This document shows positions 26,700-40,544 of a DNA stretch of 64,000 bases, piece after piece; position 1 is the stretch's first letter; each line of letters opens with the position of its first letter. Origin of the DNA: Eledone cirrhosa (taxonomy: Eukaryota); the NCBI GenBank assembly GCA_964016885.1, contig OZ024745.1, positions 95,108,001 to 95,172,000 of the forward strand. Reading direction: 5' to 3'. The notes below the pieces were generated by a model. The model made no database searches and was not told where the DNA came from. It saw only the letters and a program-made list of their open reading frames with translations. Both the position numbers and the translations under genes were made by a program.

Positions 26700-27085
26700 A
26701 TACATACATACATGGTGGCTGCCAACTCGTTTTCGAGTACGGCCACTACTTTATATCCACGTAGGAGAACCCCTACCGATGTGCTGAACAAGTGGGACTT
26801 TTTAGTCCAGCCAGCGACTTGAAAACTCTGGTACAAACACTACACTTGTGACAATTATTGACACCTAGTGCTGGGCCCATGGCACCATGTGACCCAAGGT
26901 GTCGTGTGAGATCACTACTCGACTTGCATACCCTTCCAAAAACATCACATGTCGTCGTCTGATGAACACTTATAGCTCCACAGGTGCCTGCTTCCCTGTT
27001 CTTGTGCACACTCATGTGACTCTTTAGACCTGCGATGCTCAGACAAACCCTATTACAGGTCTCATGTAATAGGGTTTGTCTCATG
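26700..27085 (-). mobile_element. RTE LINE 3' end with C2H2 zinc-finger remnants and (TGTA)n tail
   Basis: CNRVCLSIAGLKSHMSVH, CDVFGRVCKSSSDLTRHLGSH, CSVCTRVFKSLAGLKS; 3' end shared with 36660, 58797 and 59422. Confidence 0.8.
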
Positions 27086-27186
27086 TAATATGTATGTATG
27101 TATGTAGAAGATTATACATTGCCTTAACGTCCTTCAAATACAACATGCGTCGGATGTGAAGGACGTTAAAGCAATGTATAATCTTC

Positions 27187-27468
27187 TACATACATACATA
27201 CATAATACATACATACATACATACATACATACATACATACATACATACATACATACATACATACATACATAAATACATACATACATAAATACATACATAC
27301 ATACATACATACATACATACATACATACATACATACATACACACATACATACATACATACATACATACATACATACATACATACATACATACATACATAC
27401 ACACATACATACATACATACATACATACATACATACATACATACATACATAATACATACATACACACA
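27187..27468. repeat. (TACA)n microsatellite
   Basis: Direct reading. Confidence 0.95.
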
Positions 27469-27827
27469 TGATGGCTGCAACTCGATTTCGAGTAATGCCA
27501 TCGCTTTAAACTTAAGCATGAGCATCACAGACATAGCTGTTTATTCCTGCTAGGGACTTGCCTATGGCCAGCAATGCCATGTAGTGCAAAAAAGGTCACA
27601 TATCAAGCAATTACTGTGTTTGAAGATTTTTTAAGTGAGGAAAGGCTTTGCACGGGGCCAGTCCCACTCTCTGTACATCGAATGTATTTACCCAAAAAGA
27701 ATAACTGGTCTACAACATTGGATGCAAACGAAGTCTCAGGTTTTATATCAGAGGTGTCTTTCGTTCCACAGATCAAAATACTTTACTGGATGGCCGTTGA
27801 CACTCCTGAAATCCTCTGCCCTTTGAC
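27469..27827 (-). mobile_element. Diverged non-autonomous RTE derivative
   Basis: Patchy similarity to the 58797 unit (atggctgcaactcg..tcgagta, gccagtcccactct, tggatggccgttgac, tgccctttgaca). Confidence 0.6.
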
Positions 27828-28109
27828 ATACATACATACATAGATACATACAAAGATACATACATGCATACATATATACATACATAGATACATACATAAT
27901 GGCTGTCCCCTTGTTATCGAGTATGGCCATTGCACGAAAAAAAAAAATAATAATAACAACAATAATAACAACAATAATAACAATAATAATAATAACGACA
28001 ATAAAAAAAACAACAACAACAATAATAATATATATATATAAACACACACACACACACATAAACATATCTACACACGCACACACACACACACTCACACACA
28101 CACACACGC

Positions 28110-29980
28110 GCGATAGCAATTAACAGCACTGCGATGAAATGTCGCTTTTTAGCCCAGCCAATGATCTAAAATGTCTTGCATAGAGTCGGCAACCAAAACA
28201 TTCACTGGGAATAGTCGGCTGTGGTTGGAGATCATGTACTTTTGCATGTCGTTTGAGCCCTCCTGCTGATTTCCATTCTCTACCACATGCTTGGGAAGCA
28301 TGATGAGTAGCATCTCCAACTGCAGCCTGGTAGTCAACCAATGGTCTTACTCTATGACTGCGAAGATGACTTTCGAGTCCAGCTTTGCTTAGGCAGAGTC
28401 TCGCACAGACGCTGCATGTCAGCACCATAGGAGGACCTTCGCCGTCTGGAAATGCAACAGCAATGCCCTTCCTCACATTCCTCTTTACTTTCTCGTATGC
28501 GATTGGAGATACCTCAAAGGCAACTTTCACTCATATACAGTCTTTCTCCATTTATTACGATCAGCAGCAACATTTTCCCATGTATCAGCAGAGATGTTAG
28601 CGTCTTTCAAGGAATCCTTATACCTCTTTTTTGGTTTATGTGGAGGGCGTTTTCCTTTAACTAACTCCCCATAAAAGAGTTGCTTTAGTATTCTAGAATC
28701 CTTCATCCTGACAAGGTGACCACTCCAAAACGGAGTCTTTGCTTAAGCACAAGAGCTTCTATACTGTCACACAGAGAGCTTTCCAAAATCTTGACATCAC
28801 TGATGTGGTCCCTCCAGTGAACGCCATGGATCCGTATGAGACACATCTGATAGAAACGCTCCAATTGTTTAAGGTGGTGTCGATATGTGACCCAGGTCTC
28901 GCAGACATAAAGAAGAGAAGAGAGCACACATGCCTTGTACACCTTTATCTTTGTCTTCTTGCATATGTCTCGCCGACCCCAGAGCCGCCTTTCTAGCTTT
29001 CCGAAAGCATCACTTGCTTTCCTAATCCTGAGTGGAATTTCATTATCAAGGTTGCTGTGTCGATTGACAGTGCTTCCCAGGTAGACAAACTGATCAACCA
29101 CTCCAAGTCGTTTACCATACACATAGATGTTTGGCTCACTGTACTGCTTACCAGGGTCTGGTTGGTACATGACGACGGTTTTCTTGAGCTAGGGCAGTGC
29201 AAGCATCAGAAAATGCATTTTCAAAATGTGCTGCATATCACTCTCTGTGTGCGCTACAAGATCGCAATCATCTACATACAAGAGGTTTCTTATGATTGAT
29301 GTAAATACCTTTGTTTTTGCAGCAAAGCGCCTCATGTTGAATATGCTGCCTGAGGTTCGATATTGGATGTAAACACCATGCTCGCAATTCCTGAATGCAA
29401 TATAGAAAACCATAGCAAAGTATATGGCAAACAGGGTCGGTGCTGGAATATCCCTCTGTTTCAGTCCATTGTTTACTGAAATAGACTCCGACATGTTACC
29501 TCCGACATTAACCCATGCCTTCATGTCGTCATGGAAAGACCTAACTAAAGCAAGGAACTTATGAGGTCAACCAAGTTTCTGGAGAACCTTCCATAATGCA
29601 TTTCTGTTAACAGTATCGAAAGCTTTTGTCAAATCGACAAAAACCTGATACAGATCTGTCTAGCTGAGAAGATCATATCAGTAGTGCCGCGTCCAGCACG
29701 AAAACCAGATTGACTTTCAGCAAGAACACAATCGGCAATGTGTGTCAGCAGACGGTCGAGAAGCATCCTACATAAAAATTTTCCTACGACAGAAAGCAAT
29801 GATATACCTCTGTAGTTTCCACAATCATTCTTGATACCCTTTCCCTTGTACAAGACCACCATTACTGCATCTCTTCATTCCTCAGGTACGGATTCATTAG
29901 CCCATATCCTGCCAAACAAAGAGTGAAGATGTTGCAGAAGTCTCTCACCATATTATAGGAGCTCTGCATGTATGCCATCC
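28110..29980 (-). pseudogene. RTE-clade LINE RT plus C-terminal C2H2 fingers, 5'-truncated
   Basis: NYRGISLLS, ESQSGFRAGRGTTDMIF, DLTKAFDTV, LLYVDDCDL, FVYLGS, TKIKVYKACVLSSLLY, CSVCARLCLSKAGLESHLRSH. Confidence 0.9.
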
Positions 29981-29984
29981 ATAC

Positions 29985-30934
29985 CTGGACACCTTCCAAT
30001 GCTCAGAATTGTACTGAAGGAGAGGACAATAGACCAGGGGATGTCCAAGAAGGAAATAACAACAAGGAGAAAGAACAGCCTTCATGAAATATCCCTTCAT
30101 AGTACCTTCTTTGAGAAAACTGAATTCAGAGATCCACAGACATGGAACTGGTTGCAAAGAGGAGACCTTAAAAAGTCTACAGAAGGAATGCTAATGGCTG
30201 CGCAAGAGCAGGCCCTCAAAACGAAGTGGTTGAAACACCATATTTACAAGGAGGAGGCTAGCCCACTGTCCAGGATCTGTGGAGAGAGGAGACTGTGGCT
30301 CACATTGTATCCGAGTGTAAACACCTAGCCCAGACTCACTATAAGGGCTGGAGACATGATCTGATGGGCAGGGTGATCCACTGGCACCTATGCAAAGTAA
30401 ACAATTTACCACATTCTGAGAAGTGGTATGAGCATAAGCCAGAGGCGCTGATAGAAAACGATCATGTGAAGGTGCTGTGGGATTTTAGGATACAGACGGA
30501 TAAGAAACTGAAACACAATAGACCTGACCTGGTGGTTTTGGACAAGGAAAGAAGATCGTGCCTGATTGTTGATGTGGCCTGCCCATTCGACACGAGAGTG
30601 CAAGAGAAGGAGAGGGAGAAAATTAACCGATACCAGGACTTAAAGTGGGGGGGTAAAAAAGGATTTGGAACTGCCATGAAGTCAAAGTTGTCCCGATTGT
30701 CATAGGCGCACTAGGTACTATCTCAAAATGTTTCCAGGGATGGTTAAAAAAATTGGCCCCGCCACACTTTTTGGAACGCTTCAAAAGGCAGGCTTGCTGG
30801 GTACAGCAAGAACCCTCCGATACGTCCTGAATATCTGAGGCTGCAGGTAGTGGCTTGATATTCATTTCAACAAACTTTCCAGTTAACTAACATCAATGAC
30901 TGAGACTCAAAGAACAATAATAATAATAATAATA
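29985..30934 (+). mobile_element. R4/Dong-type LINE 3' fragment (CCHC plus restriction-like endonuclease) with (AAT)n tail
   Basis: TEGMLMAAQEQAL, HIVSEC, RHD, LWDF, NRPDLVV, VDVACP. Confidence 0.9.
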
Positions 30935-30935
30935 A

Positions 30936-31123
30936 AGCCCACTGTGCAGGATCTGTGGCATATTTACAAGGAGGAGGCTAGCCCACTGTGCAGGATCTGT
31001 GGAAACACCATATTTACAAGGAGGAGGCTAGCCCACTGTGCAGGATCTGTGGAAACACCATATTTACAAGGAGGAGGCTAGCCCACTGTGCAGGATCTGT
31101 GGAGAGAGAGAGGAGACTGTGGC
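30936..31123 (+). repeat. 50-bp tandem repeat (about 3.5 units) copied from the R4/Dong Zn-knuckle region
   Basis: catatttacaaggaggaggctagcccactgtgcaggatctgtggaaacac at 30959, 31009, 31059; source at about 30235-30285. Confidence 0.92.
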
Positions 31124-33452
31124 CGAACAGACTAGTGATCCCTGTGGCGGAACAGACTAGGACATTCTGGAGAGGAATATGGGAGCAGGATGTTGAACAT
31201 AATAGTCCGGCAGTGTGGATTGAGACAGTTCAAAAGGAGATTAGTGAACAAGCACACCAACAACCTGATTTGAGTATCACTGTTGAAACTCTTAAGGGGC
31301 AGGCCAAAAAACTAACCAGCTGGAAATCACCAGGCCCAGATGGTGTGCAAGGGTATTGGATTAAAAATATAACATCGCTCCACCCGAAGCTCACAACCAT
31401 GTTCCATGACTGCTTGATGTAGGGTGAAGTACCAGAGTGGTTGACAGTTCTGGTAATGAAAGACCGAATCAAGAATAATGATGTTACCAACTATAGGCTT
31501 ATCACATGTCTGTCCGTAATATGGAAACTTTTAACAAGCATTGTGTCTGAGGAAATCTACCATCACCTCCACATAAACAACTTGTTACCGGACGAACAGA
31601 AAGGATACCGAAAGAAGTCCCGTGGTACAAAGGACCAGTTACTTATTGATAATATGGTAATGAGGAATTGCCATGGGATGGATAGATTACAAACAAAGCA
31701 TTCGACATGGTACCTCATTCTTGGATAACCAAATGCCTAGAGATCTTCACAGTGACAGATAACATCAGATAGTTGTTGAGCAAAAGTATGAAGTCCTGGG
31801 AAACAGAGTTAACATTAGGTAGAGAATCCTTGGGAGGAGTGAAGATCATGAGAGGTGTCTTCCAGGGAGTAGTTTTTCCCCTCTGCTGTTTGTCCTTGCC
31901 CTAATACCCTGTCCGTTATATTGCGAAAAGTGAGAGCAGGATACAAGTTAGGAAAAGGAGAGCTTACCATTAACCACCTCCTCTTCATGAACGATCTTAA
32001 ATTCTTTGGGAGGAGTGTGAAGGAGTTGGATGTACTTGTTGACACTGTCCGTATTTTCTGCAATGATATATGTATGGAATTTGATATTAATAAGTGTGGA
32101 GTCCTAGTGATGAAGAGGGGGTATATTGAGCAAAAACAACGGAATCCAGGTACCAACAGGTGAGATGATAAAGGAAATTGACACTGAAGAAAGATACAAA
32201 TATTTAGGTATTCTGGAGGCAGATGACATCAAGAACAAAAAATGAAGGAATTGATAAGATCTGAGTACATAAGGAGAGTAAGGAGCGTATTAATATCACA
32301 TCTAAACAGTAGGAATGCCATAAGTGCAGTAAATTCCCGAGTTGTGTCTATTATTAGGTACAGTGCGGGAATTCTGAAATGGAATGTTGCTGAACAAAAA
32401 GAAATGGATAGGAAGACTAGGAGGCTATAGACTATCTACAACATGTTCCACAAGAGGAGTGATGTCGATAGACTCTACTTAAGGAGATTTGAAGGTGGAA
32501 GAGGTCTTATCAGCATAGAGGACTGTGTTCAGATGGAGAAAAACAATCTGCACCCAGGGGATGTCCAAGGAGAAAATAACAACAAGGAGGAAGAGCAACC
32601 TTCATGAAAAATCTCTTCATAGCACCTTTAAGAAAATGGAATTTAGAGATCCACAGACATGGAACTGGTTAAAAAGAGGAGACCTTAAAAAACTACAGAA
32701 GGAATGCTAATGGCTGCGCAAGAGCAAGCCCTCAGAACGAAGTGGGTGAAACACCATATTGACTAGGAGGAGGCTAGCTCACTGTGTAGGATCTGTGGAG
32801 AGAGAGAGGAGACTGTGGCTCACATTGTATGCGAGTGTAAACACCTAGCCCAGACTCACTATGAAGGCTGTAAACATGATGTGATAGGCAGGGTGATCCA
32901 CTGGCACCTACGCAAAGTAAACAATTTACCACATTCTGAGAAGTGGTATGAGCATAAGCCAGAGTCGGTGATAGAAAACGATCAGATGAAGGTGCTATGG
33001 GATTTTAGGATACAGACGGACAAGAAATTAGAACACAATAAGCCTGACCTGGTGGTTTTGGACAAGCAAAAAAGATCGTGCCTGATTGTAGATGTGGCCT
33101 GCCAATTTGACACGATAGTGAAAGGAAAGGAGAGGGAGAAAATTAACCGATACCAGGATTTAAAGTGGGAGTTCAAAAGGATTTGGAACTGCCATGAAAT
33201 CAAGGTCGTCCCGATTGTCATAGGGGCACTAGGTACTATCTCAGAGTTTCCAAGAATGGCTAAAGAAGATTAGTCCAGCCCCGCTTTTTGGAACACTTCA
33301 AAATGCATGCTTGCTGGGAACAGCAAGAACCCTCCGATACGTCCTGAATGTCTGAGGCTGCAGGTAGCGACTTGATATTCATTTCAACAAACTTTCCAGT
33401 TAAATAACATCAATGAATGAGACTCAAAGAACAACAATAATAATAATAATAA
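31124..33452 (+). mobile_element. R4/Dong-type LINE, 5'-truncated (RT plus restriction-like endonuclease), (AAT)n tail
   Basis: WKSPGPDG, TKDQLLID, HLLFMNDLK, HIVCEC, NKPDLVV; 32550-33450 closely repeats 30030-30930. Confidence 0.9.
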
Positions 33453-33989
33453 CACTATTAATAATTATTAATTAATGTAATCGTTCAATGCCTGTGCGTG
33501 AAGAATATTTTTAAAGTGAGGAAAGATTGTACACTGAGCCAATCCCAGTAGCTATAACCAGACAGTAGCTATAACCAGAAAAGAAAAAAAGATCAACATC
33601 ATCGGTAACTACTGAGCCGCAGGTTTGATGTCGGAGTTAACGCAGTTTCCTGAGATGCCTTCTCCAAGAAGAATACCCTGACAAGTGCTTGGGGTCCTTC
33701 ACCCCAGCCCGATTATTTCTATGTCCCGCGCATGAAAAAAAAAAAACTCACTCATTGACACTCATACGTACGACTCACACGTACACACACACACACGCAC
33801 GCACACATACGCGCACGCACACACCAACACTCATGCATACAAACAAACACACACCTTACTCACTTACACACACACACATATATATATATATATTACCGTC
33901 ATTACTGATACAAGATTATGTCAACTGTTGACTTTCGAAAGTGTTCGTATAATTGAAGCCGTTAGTGTTACTGTTCAGTATTATTATAA

Positions 33990-34150
33990 TTGCTTTACAG
34001 CATAGAACCACGGCCCTCCACGCTCCGAGCTCAAATCCCGCCGCGATCAACCTTGCCTTTCACAGCCACGGAGTCGACAAAAGAGAGCACCAGTAATGCG
34101 CTGGGACAATCGCTGGCTCCGTGTCAAAACCAGAAAAATGATTATTATTA
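33990..34150 (+). mobile_element. Diverged SINE
   Basis: gagctcaaatcccgccg..ttgcctttca..ggagtcgacaaaa..caccagtaatgcgctggg. Confidence 0.7.
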
Positions 34151-34342
34151 TAGTCGTTGTTTTCTTAAGGCCCGATCGCTGGTGATGGTAATGGTGGTGG
34201 TGGATGGTGGAGGTGATGGTGGTAGCAGTTGATGTGTTTTTTTTTTGTTTTGTTTTTTTATCGTTTGATGCCGCAGTCGTTGTAAATGTTGTTCATTTCA
34301 TTTCATTCTGATGCTGTTGTTGCTGTAGACATTGGTGCCGGT

Positions 34343-34392
34343 GTTGTTGTTGTTGTAGATGTTGAGGTTGAAATTTGGTCGTTTTGACTAAG

Positions 34393-34445
<53 letters not shown>

Positions 34446-34500
34446 CATCACTTAGTCAAAACGACCAAATTTCAACCTCAACATCTACAACAACAACAAC
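34343..34500. repeat. Perfect inverted duplication centred on (TA)n
   Basis: About 55-bp arms gttg..actaagtgatg / catcacttagt..caac. Confidence 0.95.
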
Positions 34501-35001
34501 ATATATATATGTATTCCTGATTAGTGCTATCGTTGCTCTGGTATACATATTGTGTGTTAGTTTAGCCTACCACAATGTTCGATTTATCAAGCTTTTTAAA
34601 CGTATATTATTACTCTAAGGACCTATCTTATCGAGTGCTTTGCTAACTCATCATTTCATATAAGTAGGCCGAATTCACTTGCAAACCGCCAGAGATTCGA
34701 TTTTACTGATTTCCAATTATATATACATATATATATACACATTCAATTCACAGTAGGGAGTTTGGCAACAGGTCAGTCACCTTAGTCTAGATAGGGTAAT
34801 GACTTGTGTAAATGTAAATGTGGTGGTGGGGAGAGTGCACACGTTATTGTGGTGGCGGGGGGCAGTGAGATGTAATAGTTCATTTGTCCATTTTCTTCTT
34901 TTTTCAAAATTTGAATTTGAATTTTAGCCAAGTTATATTGAGATGTAAGTAAATGTAAAATGTAAAATGTAAATAAAGATTACTCTGGCAAAATATATGA
35001 A

Positions 35002-36460
35002 AACTAGCAGTTTAGCCCGGCGTTGCTCGGGTTTGTTCATTTGCTATGAAAAGTTACATACAGGTAAATGTGGCTTGAAAGCGAATAAACTTATCAATTA
35101 AGTGCATAAAGCAGTTGAACCAGTTATTAAAAGTTACGAACCAATTAGCATTTTGGACAATCAATGATGGGTTAATAATCTTCCAATAGCGAATTTAGCC
35201 GACCAAAGTTGCAAGATGGTGGCCCTGATGCCGCTGGGTGTCAGATCTGCCCGCCATGGGTGACCCTACCAGGAAATAGTTTTCCAGACGGCATAGCTCC
35301 AACACCTCCAACACCTGCACCAACATCTATAGCACCTCTTTGTAGATGATATTGCGTGTCATCCCTTGAGGCGTGTAAGTAAACAGTCCATTCCTGCTCC
35401 CTACGCGGGAACAGGCAACATAAAGTTGGCCATGGGAGAAGCATGGCTCCCCCAAATGGATGCCCGCCTCCGGCAATGTTTGCCCTTGTGACTTATTAAT
35501 CGACATGGCAAGACATGGTCTCACCAGTAATTGGGATCGCCGGAAATCGAACGGGATATCTGACGCCGAGGGGAAAAGGTTCATCCTTGGCAGTGTATTC
35601 GGCAGAATTGCCAGAAGTACAACACTATGGGTGTTGTCATATTAATATTTAACCAATGAAAGACGTAAAAAATAAATAATTTAAACATTCCGATTCATAT
35701 CTCTATAGCATTAATCTGTTATATAAAGTGTTATTTTGCGGGTTGTTATTTGCAATAAGCTGATTTAAAATACCCCAGAAAAGCCGTATGTCAATACGGA
35801 ACTCCAATGACTCCCCCAGTAGTTAAATTATAGAGAGTGGGAATAATATATTATAGCGAGAGGGCAGAGCGATGGAGAGAGTAAAGCTAAGAAACTATAG
35901 GGTGTTGTGTAAAACAGTGTTGCTATATAGAGAGTGAAGAGCGACAGAGAGAGTAAAGCAGTTAAATTATATAGAGGGGGCATAATCAATTATAGAGAGA
36001 GGGAAGGGCGACGGAGAGAGTAAAGCTGAGAAACTATAGGGAGGTGTGTCAAACCTCAAAGCATGAAGAGAGTAAAGTAGTTAGATTATAGAGAGCGGGA
36101 ATGATCTATTATAGAGAGAGGGAAGAGCGACGGAGAGAGCGTCATGACTATGTTTGTTGTTGTATAAAATAATGTGTTGCTTAGTTTTCAAAGTTTATGT
36201 CGCGTTCCTGAACGAAGTTTTACGGCTGTTGGGTAGTAGAGAGAGTGAATAAGCGTGTAAGAGAGAAGGTTACAGCATGTATTTAGTTTTATCGATTTTT
36301 TTCATAGAAGCAGGAAATTTTTGGCAAAGTTTATTACGCGTTGACCATCGTTGGTAAATTTGGAGCACATTGGAAAAAAATCCTCAAAATCGGTAATGAG
36401 GAAATGCATAAAAATCATACACACGCACAGACAGACATCCTCCATTTTATATATAGAGAG
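35002..36460 (-). mobile_element. Non-autonomous Helitron with Pif1 helicase C-terminal remnant and internal minisatellite
   Basis: 35327..35584: AMSINKSQGQTL..PCFSHGQLYVACSRV..TRNIIYKEVL; terminal actag..cccggcgttgctcggg hairpin; degenerate repeats at 35820-36140. Confidence 0.8.
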
Positions 36461-36600
36461 AGATATTTGTACTTCCACAAACTTCTGTCAGGATATTTCC
36501 CGAGTCCAGTGAGCAAAAATTTGTTGTTTCAGAATACAAAAATTAATCAAAACTTACCCCACGAAAAGAGAGCGTGTGCTGTCCGATCTATAAGCTCCCT

Positions 36601-36880
36601 ATACATACATACATACATACATACATACATACATACATACATACATACATACATACATACATGGTGGCTGCCAACTCGTTTTCGAATACGGCCATTACTT
36701 TATATCCATGTAGGAGAACCGCTACCGATGCGCTGAACGAGTGTGACTTTTTAGTCCAGCCAGCGACTTGAAAACTCTGGTACAAACACTACACTTGTGA
36801 CAATTATTGACACATAGTGCTGGGCCCATGATACCATGTGACAAGTGCAGAGAGATCAGAGATCTCCAGATATAAAGAAA
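36601..36880 (-). mobile_element. 3' part of the RTE-derived non-autonomous element with (TGTA)n tail
   Basis: Closely matches 58797-59010. Confidence 0.88.
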
Positions 36881-37508
36881 TGCATATATGATGTTTCTCT
36901 CGAACATCAGCAAGAACATGGACGCGGACTTTTAGAATATTGCCGTTCTGATTGGAAGGATCCAAAAGGGATAAACGCGAGGCATTAGGCTAACCATTTC
37001 CACGAAGCAGAGATCACTGATAGACATGGCAGAATAAGGAGCTAACACATTAGTGCCCAGAGTCTGGAGTCTCTGTTTGTGAACGGTGGTAACTTTACCA
37101 TTGTACATAGTCTGCACCGCAAATTTAATTTCTGATCGTAATTATTTTATTTGCTCGTATGCGTATAACATAGGAAAGACCTGAATATTATAGAAACATT
37201 TTTCATCACCTAAAATCAATTGGAACCATAACAGGTTGAAAGATATTTTTGATCGCATAAGGTAAAAGACTGACTATGTTTATCACACTAGATTTTAGAA
37301 TCATTATCACCATCGTCATCATCATCATTTTACGTCCGCCTTTCCATGCTTGCAAGGGTTGAACGGTCCTATTCAGCACAGCAAAATGAGTTTTTTTTAC
37401 AAAATGAAACAAAAAACGAGGTGTCCTACACGAGTGAAAGTATAAGGAAAAAAGATGATATCGGAAATGCAACTGGAGTCTTTTTTTTTTAAATATATTT
37501 ATTTGGTT

Positions 37509-37546
37509 CCTTTACCGGTTTCGCAGTTTTTGTGCTCTTCAAAAGT
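37509..37546 (-). ncRNA. Hammerhead in PLE pseudo-LTR (sense to the ORF)
   Basis: actt-TTGAAGA-gca..tgc-GAAA-CCGGTA-aagg. Confidence 0.7.
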
Positions 37547-40444
37547 AGTATTGAAATGGAGCGTTTGTGGTTTTTCTCACATCTGGTTGGTGTTCAAATG
37601 TTACTCCTGTTTTATATGGAAAAAAGTGGCTCGAAATGCTAGGTTTTTAGTGAAGTAATTCGGTTGGTTGATGACTGTCATGTGAATAAGTATAATAAAT
37701 TTCGCGCCAGTTCGAGTTACAAAGTTTTATTATATTTGCCGTCAAAAGAAAGGGCGGGGGGTGCTCTGATTGTTTTTTCATATATGAGTGAAGTTTGGTT
37801 GGTTAATGCAGTCACGTGAATAAGCACATCAGCTTTCGCGCCAGTTTGTGTTTAAATTTCTTTTTACTTAAAAGAAAGTGGCTCGTGAAGGCTTTTTATT
37901 ATAACTGAAATTATACTGTCACGTGAACAAGTACATTAAATTTCACACCCGTATTTGGGAATTTCTTTTGTAGCGATTTAGAGAAAGTTGTGCCAAATAA
38001 AATATAATGATCAAGAAAAGCGGGATGGGGAGAATTGTTCTGGTTCAGTGAATATGGCTGGTGTGCTGGGGTGTCAAAATTCAGACTTTCTATTGAAATA
38101 AAGAAAGTAGAGATATGTATGTTTATTTGTGTGCTGGTGTGTGTGTGTGTGTGTAAGAAGATGATTCTATTAGTAGAAAATAGGTGAGGGAGTTGTGTGT
38201 GTGTGTAAGGGTGTTATATGTGTGTGTGTGTATGTGTGTGTGGGAGTATGGTTAGCCTGTTAAGATGGAGAGAATGTATATATTTTTTGTGTGTGTGCGT
38301 GTAGGAAAATGATTCCGTTAGTAGAAGTGGGGACAGGCTATGTGTGTGTGTGGGGGGGGGGGTAAGCCTGTTAAGGTGTTAGAGTATTAACGTATGTTAA
38401 GGTTTATTTAGCTCTGGTTTTCATTTTCGAAAATAGGTGTTATGTGTGAGTGTATGTATGTGTCTATTTGGATGTTTAGCATGTTATGGTGTTGACAAAA
38501 TGTATATTAAACTATATTTAATGCTGGTCTATATTTTTGAATAAACATATTTTCCTTATTTATTTGTATTTGTTCTGTTGTATTGTCAGCGCAAAGATAA
38601 AATGGTAAGACTTGGAATTTGGGTGTCTTATTACTTGCGCATATGTCTAGATGTGCATTGAGTGGTATGTCTTGTGGTAGGGTTTCGTAATTGTTGGCGA
38701 TGAATTGTCATTCTGTTTCTGAGTGTGAGTTTAGTTTGTCCTATATAATCTTCATTGTATCCTTTACATTTATGGCATGAAATAAATTTTTTTGATGAGC
38801 AAGTGAAGTGATTTTTTACAGCAAAAATTTGTCCTGATTCAAATGTATACCTGTTGCCTTCAATGAGGTGAGTGCAGGTTCCACAATTACAGCGGCCACA
38901 TTTTTTGACAGTTGGTTGTGGGTTTATGGTAGGTAATTTGGCATTGGTGAGTAATGTTTTTAGTGATTTCGGTTGTCTTTTGCTTTTGTGTTTCAAGGGC
39001 TTTTTTCATTCTTGGGTCTTGTTTCAATAGTGGGATGTTCTTGTGAATAATGTTGTAAGCTTCCGCATTTCTTGGGTTGTGTGTTGAGATGTATGATAGA
39101 ATATTGGACGTAATTTGAATTTGTTTCTGTTTTCGTAATTCATCAATGCCTATTGCTTTAGCCCTTTCTATTCCATTATTTATTAGTAATGGTGTGTACT
39201 GTCTTTCGAGCAGAATTTCCTTTAATTCTTGAAATTCTTTTATTTCGCGTTTCATAATTGGAGACAATTGTGCAAATTCTTCTTGCTAGGTTAAAAAGGA
39301 TGTTCGTCTTCGTGTGCTTTGGATGGTTGGAGGTGAACAGCAGGTATTGTTTGGAATCTGTTGATTTGTAGTGTATGTCAGTTTCAATATTTGTATCTTT
39401 TTTTATGATTAAGTTGTCCGGAAATGGGAGTTGATCTTGGCTGTATTCAATTGTGAATTGAATGTGGTTATTGATGCCGTTAATTAAATATTTGAAATCA
39501 TTTAGTTGGTCGAGTGTGTGGGACCAAAGAATGAGACAATCATACAAGTGGCGTTTCCAATTCTCTGATAAATATTTGTGGAAGTTCAATCCGTATTTTG
39601 ATTTGAACTGTTCATATATATGGACTTCCAAGTATTCCATGCCTAAGTTGGCATAAGTTGGAGCGGCCTTTGTAGCCATCGCAGTCCCCGATATAAATAT
39701 ATATATTCTCTCCATCTTAACATGCTAACCATACTCCCACACACACATACACACACACATATAACACCCATACACACACACACACACAACTCTCTCCCAC
39801 ATTTCTACTAATAGAATCATCTTCCTACACACACACACCAGCACACAAATAAATATACATATCTCTACTTTCTTTATTTCAATAGAAAGTCTGAATTTTT
39901 ACACCTCAGCACACCAGCCATATTCACTGAACCAGAACAATTCTCCCCATCCCGTTTTTCTTGACCATTATCTTTTGTTTGGCACAAAATTCTCTAAATG
40001 GCTACAAAGAAATTCCAAAATACGGGAGCGAAATTTAATGTACTTGTTCACGTGACAGTCATAATTTCATTTATAACCAATGAAATTACATTTATAAAAA
40101 AATCCTTCGTGAGCCACTTTTTTTTAAGTAAAACGAAATTCAAACACAAAGTGGCGCGACAGCTGATGTGCTTATTCGCGTGACTGCATCAGCCAACCAA
40201 ACTTCACTCATATATGAAAAACAATCTGATCCCCGCACCCTTTTTTTGAAGGCAAATATAATAAGAACTTTGTAACGCGAACTGGCACAACAGTTATTAT
40301 AATTATTCACATGACAGTCATCAACCAACCAAATTACTTCTCTAAAAACCTAGCATTTCGAACCACTTTTTCCATATGAAACAGAAGTAACATTCGAACA
40401 CCCACCAGATGTGAGAAAAACCACAAACCCTCCATCTCAATTCT

Positions 40445-40482
40445 ACTTTTGAAAAGCACAAGAACTGCGAAACCGGTAAAGG
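40445..40482 (+). ncRNA. Hammerhead in inverted pseudo-LTR, U3-A8 core
   Basis: actt-TTGAAAA-gca..tgc-GAAA-CCGGTA-aagg. Confidence 0.72.
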
Positions 40483-40544
40483 AACCAAATAAATATATTT
40501 AAAAGAAAAAAGACTCCAGTTGCATTTTCGATTTCATATTTTTT

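Noticed and set aside
30936-31123. CRISPR-like regular repeats
   Set aside because: No unique spacers, eukaryotic context, derived from LINE coding sequence
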